DNA from: Marsupella aquatica
Lineage: Eukaryota; Plantae; Marchantiophyta
Assembly: GCA_973895155.1 (NCBI GenBank)
Contig: OZ316896.1
Location: 15,376,576 to 15,440,575 of the forward strand
Direction: 5' to 3'
Length of the DNA stretch: 64,000 bases
The notes beneath the pieces are model-generated. The model ran no database searches. It was not told the DNA's origin and was given only the letters and a program-made list of their open reading frames with translations. The position numbers were made by a program, and so were the translations under genes. Position 1 is the first letter of the stretch; the number at the start of each line of letters is the position of its first letter. This document shows positions 23,190-32,847 of this stretch, one piece after another.

Positions 23190-26100
23190 GTCCCTTGTAA
23201 TGTGGCTGACATTATTTCTGAGTTTCATGGTGTGGACCAAACCAGATCAGCAGGTACAACAGGCCTTGGAGAGGCCTCATCACCTTATCAGCAGCATGCT
23301 AGCAGCTTGGACAGTGGAGAGGCTAGCACTTTTGGTTCTTCAAGCACGAGTACATCAGGTCCTATTCCTAGTGTTGCCAACTACACATTCATCATGGGCA
23401 ACCACCTGAGTAAAAGACAGAAGGACCAGCTGCTGAATTTGCTCCTCAAGCATGAGAATGTGTTTGCTTTCTCTATGAAGGACTTGGGTAAGTGCAAGAC
23501 TATGCAGTTCTCCATTGAGTTGGCTCATGAAACACCTATCTTCAGGCGGAGACACCGTTTGACCGGCCGTTTGAGTAAGCATGAGTGGCAGCTGGTGGAT
23601 GAGAGGTGCCAAGAGCTCTATGAAGCAAGTCTTATTCAACCATCTACATCAGATTTTGTAGCAGCTACAGTGATGCCAGCAAAGAAGGATTCCAGTGGAT
23701 TGTGGACAGAGAAGCGCATGTGTGGGGACTACAGGCCATTGAACCTGGTCACACCCCAGGATAGGTACCCCATGCCGCGGCCAGAGGAGCTATTTGACAG
23801 CATTGGAGACTCAGACATCTTCACTCTTGTGGATCTAAGGCAAGGCTTCAACCAGATTTTGCTGCTTGCAAAGGATCGCAAGAAAACAGCTTTCCATGGT
23901 AGTAACCAACTATGGGAGTGGTTGGTGATGCCATTTGGCTTGAAGAATGCGCCCATATTCTTTCAAAGAGTCATGGACCAGGTTCTTCAAGGTGCTGAGT
24001 TTCTGAAATGCTACATTGATGATGTGTTGGTCCACAGCAAAGAATTTGACCAGCATCTACTTGACCTTGAGGAGCTATTCATGAGGCTTAAGAAGGTGAA
24101 CCTGAAGATACACCCCAAGAAGTATGAATTTTCTGTCAAATCAGTAGTATACCTTGGGCACCACATTCTTCCAAATGGAACCATGGCTCACTGGGCCAAA
24201 GTGGTATCCATCCTGGAAATGCCCACTCCTACTGATGTTCACACTCTTAGGAGCTCTATTGGGTTGTGCAATTACTACCGGATCTACATCAAAGATTTCA
24301 GTACCATTGCACATCCATTGTACTCTTATTGAAAAAGAATGTGACTTGGACATGGAGTACAGATGCTGAGGCAACATTTGCCACTTTGAAGGAGAAGCTC
24401 TCAGAATACCCGGTGCTTAGAAGACCTGATTTCAGCAAGGTCTTTGTGCTACACACAGATTGGAGTGCCCTTGGGATTGGTGCCATTCTGGGCCAGCATG
24501 ATGAGGAAGGTAAAGAGTACGTCATTGCCTATGCATCCAGGAGCAACAATCAGGCAGAGAGTCATTATTCTTCTTATGAGGGTGAATGCCTTGTTGTTGT
24601 GTGGGCTATCATACATTATAGGCCCTACCTCTATGGGACCAGGTTTGTTCTCTACACCGACCACCAGCCCTTGAAGTGGTTGATGACCAACGACAAGCTT
24701 ACTGGCAAGCTTGCTCATTGGGCACTCATACTCCAGGAGTATGATTTTGAGGTAATTCATAGGCCTGGTGTGACACATCAAAATGCTAACACTATGTCCC
24801 GCAGCCCTTTGATTGCCTCTGATGATTCCTTAGATGCACGACAGGATTTCGACCAGGTTTCCATCCTGCCTACATTTCATGCATCTACCTATCTTGCTTT
24901 GCTGCCATGCTACGTTGTTGACCAACCTGTGGTGGACATATGGGAGGACAACAACACTCTAAGATTTTTGCAGCATGGGGAGTACCCCATACATGTTACT
25001 GCTGCCCAGAGAGACCAAATTCAGCAAAGGTCCAAGCGTTACTTGTGGAAGGGAGATCATCTCGTGCGCTGCTTGCCAGACAGGGAAGTAGTGGTTCCAC
25101 CCATTCATGAGAGGGTTGGCCTTATCCGTAAGGTACATTTTAAGCTTGGTCATTTTGGCGTTAAGAGGACTTACAGCCTCTTGGTCCCTCATTATCATTG
25201 GAGAGGCATGCATGGCCAGGTTCGAGATGTTATTGCCCGGTGCGAACAGTGTGATAGGGTGAGGACTTCTTTCACATCCTGGCAACCCACACTTCATCCA
25301 CTCCCTATTCAGGGCATGTTTTATTGCTGGTCATGTGATTTGGCTGGAGAATTACCTCTCACGTCTTGGGGTAATCTCTACATCATGATCATGATAGAGC
25401 ATTTCTCCAAGTGGATAGAACTTGTGGCATTGCCAGATAAGACCTCCCGTAGCACCAGCTTGGCATTCCTGCAACAAGTTCTCAGCCGCTTTGGAGCTTG
25501 TGCAGAATGTCTCACTGACCAGGGCTCAGAGTTTAGAGGAGAGTTCTAGGAGCTGCTTGATCAGGCCCTCATTGATCATCGTCGGACATCACGAGATCAC
25601 CCACAGGCAGATGGCTTAGCAGAGCGCATGGTTTAGACATGCAAGAAGGGCCTCCGGAAGATCTACCTCACCAAAAACAAGGAGGATTGGGACCTGGCCT
25701 TACCCTACATTGCCATGGGGTATAGGATGTCCAGACATGCATCACTGTCTAACTTTTCTCCCTACTTCTTGTTGTTTGGTCGTCACCCAGTTCCACCTTC
25801 TGCTATTGTTGCTCACATGCTTCAGGTGGTGGACTTGGATTCAGCTGTGACTTGGTCTGATGTGATCTCTGTGAGGGCTACCCTATTCAAGAGAGTTATG
25901 CCCATGGCCATGGAGAATTTGGCCATTGCACAGCATAGGGACACACTGGGTTATGCACACACACAAGGGGGCACTTTTCAGCCCAAGGTCAGGAAGTTTG
26001 ATGTGGGAGATTTTGTGTACTTGCAGCGGCAAGCTAACGACACCCTGGACACCTCTACCAGTCGTACGATTCTCAGGGTTAAAGCTATTTGACCGTCTGG

Positions 26101-26383
26101 AGTGTTAGAGTTACAAGGGGCAGATGGGCGCACAATTGCTGACAATGCCAAGAATTGCGCCCCTTGTCATCTGCCTAACCTGGATCTCACCATTGTGACT
26201 TCTACTTGGATTCCACCTGTGGACTACCCTTGCAAAGTGTGTTTACGAATTGATGATGCTGACCAGATGCTGCTGTGTGACAATTGCAATGGAGGGTACC
26301 ATCTTTTTTGCCTTCGGCCTGAACTTACCCGGGTGCCAGGAGGGTTATGGTTTTGCCCTTCCTGTGCTCCACGTGCTACCTGA
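23190..26383 (+). pseudogene. pol: RT-RNase H-integrase with C-terminal PHD finger (26231-26366)
   Basis: RMCGDYRPLN, MPFGLKNAP, YIDD; HTDWS, YASRS, TDH; GHFG...CEQC, DLAG, TDQG; CKVC..CDNC..H..C..WFCPSC (C4HC3). Frameshifts near 23180 and 24320, plus several stops. Confidence 0.92.
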
Positions 26384-26415
26384 ATTTTCTTCAACCCTCC
26401 TTTTGGCTGTGGTCT

Positions 26416-26423
26416 GGGGGGGA
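26416..26423 (+). other. polypurine tract of the DNMT/PHD element
   Basis: GGGGGGGA lies ~30 nt after the pol stop, directly before the repeated LTR-like segment. Confidence 0.6.
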
Positions 26424-27135
26424 TACAGAGGTTTACACCTCCACTACGTACATACCACTTCATTTGCTTTTTCTTGGCACTTGTGAATGTGATTGGACTT
26501 TTTCTATGCATGTTGGTTGCTAGCAGCTTGCACATATGCCTTGCCGGCGACTTGTATGTTTTTGATACACTATGGCTACGATACTATATGTCACGACAGC
26601 TGTCATGCCGAGGGACAGTGCCTCTTATGCACATCGGCATGTCCCTCGCATGCCCGCTAGGTATGTAGTTAGGGCTAGTGTACTACTTGAGTTAGCAACA
26701 TGTTCTTATAGCAAATGCCAGGCGTTCTTGAAGCAAACACGCTTGTTAGTGTGACGCCAGGACTTTTTTTACTTAGGGCATGTCTTTCTTTGTGAGTTTT
26801 CAGTTCTTCTTGAATCGCTGTTGACAGAGCTCAGACAGTGCTCGTCGGTTCCGTACACGGGATTCACACAGTGATTCGTTAGATGCTCCCGGCCGATCTT
26901 GGCATCCCGCCGATTTTCGATTCAATTTCAGTACGATTGTTTCTCTTACGCCTTTTAATATACAGAGGTTTACACCTCCACTATGTACATACCACTTCAT
27001 TTGCTTTTTCTTGGCACTTGTGAATGTGATTGGACTTTTTCTATGCATGTTGGTTGCTAGCAGCTTGCACATATGCCTTGTCGGCGACTTGTATGTTTTT
27101 GATACACTATGGCTACGATACTATATGTCACGACA
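26423..27135 (+). repeat. candidate 3' LTR (537 bp) followed by a tandem partial copy of its first 176 bp
   Basis: 26423-26598 is nearly identical to 26960-27135. Confidence 0.65.
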
Positions 27136-27136
27136 A

Positions 27137-27548
27137 GGGGAGGCAGGCACAGGGAGGGAGGCAAGGCAAGGTGTGACTAAACAGACTGCCAAACGGTCAC
27201 GGGACAACATTGGCTCTCGGGCCGGATGTGTGACGACCAGGGTTTTGGACGCCTGCACCCTTTTGGAAGATGTTCTTTTTGGGCCTTAACCGGGCAGCCC
27301 GTATGGGCACTGGGAGAGTTCTCACATGACGGCAGGGGTTATTAGGGGGTCTCACTTATTTGCCCGTGTGCCCATAAGGGCTGCCCAATTAAGGCCCAAA
27401 ACGGACGTCCGCCAAAAGGGTGCGGGCATCCAAAACCCTGGTCATCACACATCCAGCCCGGGAGCCAACGTTATCCCGTGACCGTTTGGCACCCAGTTTA
27501 GTCGCAATTTGCCTTGCCTCCCTCGCTGCTCCTCCCTCTCCTCTCCCG
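27137..27548. mobile_element. MITE-like foldback element
   Basis: ~175-bp imperfect inverted arms (27137-27314 and 27363-27548) flank a ~50-bp spacer, e.g. tgccaaacggtcacggga / tcccgtgaccgtttggca. No TSD recognised. Confidence 0.7.
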
Positions 27549-28296
27549 AGCTTGATTTATAGGTATCATATGTGTTTAGCCGCCGGAATGCACCTCAAGT
27601 CGAAAGCTGGATCGACCCCGGCTAAGGACTTCTAAGCCTTTGTACTGTCCACCTCCGATCCAGATCTGATAATACGGGAAGGTAACCTGGGCCTAAAACC
27701 ACTATCCACAGCCTACACCCCGTGCACGGCTCGTATAGCGTGTCCGGCCCAACATTCTCTATCCACATACAAGATGTACAATTGTCTCAACATTCACAAC
27801 ATACACGCTTGATTTACACAAAGGAAATGGTGGGGAATAGACTTTTCTTCAGGAGCCGTTATACACATATACACGGTTGACTCGACTTCTTCTGAATACT
27901 CAGGCCAAAGACAAAGAGGTGTACACTACAACGGAGCCTGGCTCCGCACTCGCCCAATGAGCTTAGTCATACCTTCATTCCTTGGGACTTCTATTCAAGA
28001 AGGCCGGGACTCCCAGCACATCCTACGGGCACCCGGTTTTGAACCTAAAATCCCCCCCGCTGCCTCTACCGGGGGTGCACTAAATACTAACTAAGAGCCA
28101 TGGCCAGGAATGGTCACGCACTCAAATTCTAACCTATGCTAATCCTAGCTAAACGTCAGGCTGCTAAAACGGCTTGTCGTTACCCTAAGATACTACACTA
28201 AAAGGTGGTCGACGCCGCTCTAACTACTTTTGGCGCTTGTTGGTAGTGTCCTACTTCTACTGCTAAACCTAAGCTACTCCAAACTATCGGTGCCAC

Positions 28297-28716
28297 TTAA
28301 TGTCTGGCTTGTTTATTAGATCCGCCCGAGTGAGACTTGGATTGGCCGTCCCACTGCCTCCTCAGCCGGTCGACGTCCTGCTTGAGGATTTGGACCTGGT
28401 CCAAGAGAGACTCATTCTCCCTCTTTGTCGTGTCCGTCTCCTCTGTGGCCTCCTGACATGCCTCTTCCAACTGCTGACCGTCGCTCGTCAACTTGGCCAC
28501 CAGTTGGTTCTGGTCAATGGCCTCGTGCTGAAGACTTGCCACCTCCATCTTCAGTGCATCAACCTCGACGGCATCCCTTTGAGCTTGAACCTCGGCCTCC
28601 TCCACATCCTTCTGCCAGATTACAACTTGTTCCTTCAGGCTATCAATCTGGCCCCGGAGCTGTGCAATTTCAGCATCTTTCCCGGCTTCGGCCTGCTCGA
28701 CAATCGCGGAATTCAA
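28297..28716 (-). pseudogene. C-terminal coiled coil of the same decayed LTR-borne ORF
   Basis: QIDSLKEQVVIWQKD...QQLEEACQEA...ENESLLDQVQ...SHSGGSNKQARH matches the end of the 882-aa ORF. Confidence 0.9.
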
Positions 28717-30599
28717 CTACCTTAACACTTAGCTCCAGCGTCGCTGACTCCAACGCCGAGCTTCCTTATGGTCCAGGCCCGGATAGGCCATCTGGGAAGG
28801 ACTTAGCATGGGGAGACTTGTGAGCGACGAGACGTGTCGCTAGTGAAGGCAAGGAGCCAAATTGGTGACACACACTGAGGACTTGGGCTAGCTAAGAGCT
28901 GGTCGGGTCAAGGGGAAATGGGCCGGGCTCAAGGACGACCGTCCGGACCTCCGGATGGACTTTGAGTTCTGAGAGCTTGAGGGTGAGCTCCTCTTGGGCC
29001 CAAGGCCCATGGAGTTGATGCCATGGGCAACGGACGCTTGGGGCGCAAGTTATGGTCCAATCCAAGTTGGGCCGATCGGGGGCCCCAAGCGGCAATGAGA
29101 CCTGAGGGCCTAGGCATGAGCACTGGGTTGGCCTGATCGCGATAGGCTAAGGCACTCCGCTTGCGGATGCCTAACGAGAAAGTTATGAGCGTTGCCAGTT
29201 GATGGCGCGCCCATTATGCGCGATAGGATCCGGGTTGGGGGCCAAATGTTTAGGGACCAAAGCTGGTCCAAGGGTGGCAGGTCTCCAGAAACATATATGA
29301 GGGGAGTGGTGTCTCCGGGGGCTAAGGGCGAACCAAAGTCGTGAGCCGCGGTGGTCGTGACACTAAGGGAAACCGCCAAACAAAAATGACTATATCTTCC
29401 CAACGGGAAGTCTGTTGGAGGACTTCTTGGGTGCGTTGGAAAGCTCTTGAGGAGGGCCCTCCTAAGCTCAGCTGGGTCTGGGGCACCATGGGTTCTCGGG
29501 GTTTGCGGGTGTTAACTCGCCCGCTTGCCAAATCCTGCCGAATAGCAGCCAAGCCGTGTTCAGTCTCCCAAGGGAGCTCGCGTTGGGGAGGCAAGGCCAA
29601 GTAGGTGTGGAGGTGGAGTTCCAAGAGTGCTCGGTCCCTAGACCGTCAATGAGGCGAATCAGGAGTTGCTTGCTAGAGTCGGGGTCATTCTGGTCCCGGC
29701 GTGTTGGGACAAGCTTGGGACAAGCTTTAGGACAAGCTACGCTATTGGGCCATGAGCATGTCCTGGGGTTAGGGTGGTCAGTTGGTGATGGATAGGTACG
29801 AGGGACAACCCAGGCCGCGCCCAAGGAAGGAGTTGTTCTGGACGAACAATGGGCTTGGGTTCAATCTGGTTCTGACTTATGGCATCGGGAGGACCTATCG
29901 CTGACCTATTTAGCAACGTTTGTTGAGCTTGAGTTAGGATGCTAGACTTGGTGAGTTCTAGATCCTAAAGGGTTACTTACCAAGGTGCTTGGTTGCTTGT
30001 GCAGAAAGTGAGGACCGTTGAGTAGCGGTTGTGTAGGAGAGCAAGTGCGGCTTCGTATGGGAGGGGCCGCTGGTGGTGCAAGGGGCACCAGGGTGCTTGC
30101 TCGAGGTATTTCGTGGAGGCGTTTGGGCACCAGGGGCACTTAGGCATGAGTGCTGGGATTGGTGAGGGCGCTGGGTGGCAAGGTCCACCACTTCGGCCAA
30201 GGCTAGCCTGGCCTCAGTGTCGGTGACCTGGGCGAGAGTGTGACGCCAATGACATGGTCCTTATTTTGTAATCTGATTAAGTAGGTTGCTGTATGCAAGG
30301 AGTAGCTATTGATATTGGATAACAATTAGCAAGATGGCAAGAATAAGGGCAATCATGGCGTTAAGAGTTGGGAAATAAAAGCTATGTCGCGGGTGGTCGA
30401 CGATCATATCTCTTTCAATATGTCACCAAATCCGGATCTGTAAAGAGCATTGGAAAGATCTGGTCAAGGCGAGTAAAATCGATATAAAAAACTCGAGAAA
30501 CGGAGGTGTATTAAGAAAGATACGGCCTGATTAGTGTGACGGGTTAACTTGTGGCCGGAATTAGCGGATTCGGCTTCAGTTTCGGGTTAACCCAAGCTC

Positions 30600-30780
30600 G
30601 ACCACGGCTTAGCTTATGTGAGCACGGCTTCAGCTTAGCTCAGGTCAGCACGACTTCAGCTTAGCTTAGGTAAGAACGGCTTCAGCTTAGCTCAGGTCAG
30701 CACGGCTTCAACTTAGCTCAGGTCAACACGGCTTCAGCTTAGCTCAGGTCAGCGCGGCCTCAGGTTAGCATAGGTAAGCT
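30600..30780 (+). repeat. 26-bp tandem repeat, about 6-7 copies, in LTR U3
   Basis: Units of gcacggcttcagcttagctcaggtca. Confidence 0.85.
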
Positions 30781-32739
30781 CGGATTCGGGCTCAACTTAG
30801 GCTAGGTTAGCGGATAGCGGATAGCGGGTAGCGGCCTAACCCGAGACCACGGGTTAGCTCTACTCGGGTTAGATAGGATAGCTAGGTTAACCAAACTCGG
30901 GTTAGCTATGTAACTCGGGTTAGCGCAGCAGTGAGTACCCCCTCTCGGTTGCGGGGGCATAACTCTCTGTGTATTTGACCAAATCGGCTATAATTGACCT
31001 CGTTGGAAAGAGGAGCTCAAGCCGCTTCCAACGCTGCTATACACGCAGAAAATGGTTAAATAGAGAAATCGGGAGAGGAGGCGCAAGCTCGCGAAAACCA
31101 TGGAGGAGGGCCGAATCCGAAGTACATAGCCAATTCGAGATAAAAATAAAGTTACGAGTTAGGGTTCAGTAGTTAGAGATAGTGGCGGCTCTGTTAGGGC
31201 TGGGATGGGGCTCCAACAACGTAGTATCCACCCATTTGGGCTCAGTATGAGAGTATATAGAGCAGCCCCCGGTAGAGGCAAGGGGGGGGGGACTTCAGTT
31301 GTGTGATCTCACTTAGACTGAGCAGCGGGGAGGAGCTCTGTGCAAGCAAGGCTGGACTTGGACGCTGCGTGTTGGGGAGAGCTTGGTTGTGCTATTACTC
31401 AAGGAGTAATCAGCCAAGCTTCACAGCAACGGGTTGCTAGGTTTGCGAGCTGGATTTTGGCTCTTTCTAGTGGGCAGCACAACTAGGTTCTTTTCCCCCG
31501 ATACAGAGCCTTGGTGATAGGTGATGTATTGGTGATTGTAAACTGTGGGGAGGATTTCAATTCGATTTGCGGTGGGCACATTAGGGAGGCTGAGGTACTA
31601 ATTAAGGGGCAGCAGGAGGAGCATTTACAGTTCAGTCTGGCAAGGCTACGTGATCCATGGGGAGTCCCGGCCTTTGTCTGGTGGAGAGCACTAAGGGATC
31701 TATGGCCAGAGCTGAGCTTGCAGGGCAAGCGTGAGGCCGGGCCTCATTGCAGTCTGGGGTAGATCGCCGTTAGGCCTGGTACCAACTTTGAAGTCGAGTC
31801 AACTATGCATGCGTAACTTGACGTTCTGAATTTGGAGGTGTGAGATCTGTATGTGCCCCCAAGAATGAAGTGTAGTGAAGGAGGTTGAGTTCAGGATTGA
31901 GTTTGCAAGGCAAGTACGGGATTGGTTCGAGTCCAATCTGCCGTCGCAATCTGGAGTGAGCCGGGCTCAGGTTCAGGATTGAGCTTACATGGCAAGCACG
32001 GGGCTTGCAGGGCAAGCACATCACAATCTGGAGGAGACAGCCTTCGGCCCTAGTGTTCGGATCAAGTGTTCTCAGTGAACTATTGTGCACATCTTTGAAT
32101 CTAATTGAGTTTTCCTCTCAGGCCTCATTTCTCTCATGGATGTGTGTGTGTGTGAGGCAATCTGAGTGTATGATGGAACTAGCAGCGCCACTGAGAGGTG
32201 TACCGGGTGCATTGAAGCGGGCTGGGTGAGGACTGTCATAGCTCTGATTGTTGAGAGTGGAATGGCAGAGTGGTGGGGCAATGGCTTAGAAGTCCCTAAG
32301 TCGGGAATCAGTCAGGAGTCACTGGTTTATGGGTACATTCCGGCGGCGGAATAGAAACATACCTATGACAGTAAGCATATGTGTGACGCCGCCGGTACGG
32401 CGGTTAATGAGTGATTCAGTCTAACTGCGCTCGGCACGCGCGTTAGGTGGGTCTTAGGCCGCTATTATTAGCATAACGACAGTATTTAGGTAATCATTAG
32501 GGGTAGGACATCATTAGGCAATAAGGGGGACTTCAGGTTCGGGCTGGCGGCGGGTCGCTATTCGCACACCCGGGTTACGAGCGTGGAGGGGCCCCTCCCT
32601 CGGGTCCGTATAACGAACTTAAGGAAGCGGCCACTGACGCACGCTGACTCAGACCGGCGGAGTGGCCGGTACACCACAAGCGTGAGCGGTTCAACCTATG
32701 GGCGTCGAGGAGACGTCGGGGATCGACAAGCCCTCAAAG

Positions 32740-32746
32740 TATAAAA
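32740..32746 (+). promoter_or_regulatory. putative TATA box for the LTR-borne ORF
   Basis: TATAAAAGG lies ~100 bp upstream of the ATG and is conserved in the minus-strand relative (39006-39012). Confidence 0.55.
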
Positions 32747-32847
32747 GGGGAGCCAACCCTTTGTAGTACACCAATCCATCAGTCCGCGCGCCAGCTTCGA
32801 CCCCAGCTCTCTCGTTCTCTCTAGGTTGCCACTACTATCTCCTCTGA

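Larger units (their letters stand above)
21193..27135 (+). mobile_element. degraded Ty3/gypsy element: PR-DNMT-RT-RH-INT-PHD; gag and 5' LTR lost
   Basis: Collinear protease (LDTGA), methyltransferase, RT (YIDD), RNase H, integrase and PHD finger, then a G-rich PPT and an LTR-like segment. Confidence 0.9.

Noticed and set aside
30600-30780. CRISPR-like array
   Set aside because: Head-to-tail 26-bp units without unique spacers, inside a eukaryotic LTR.
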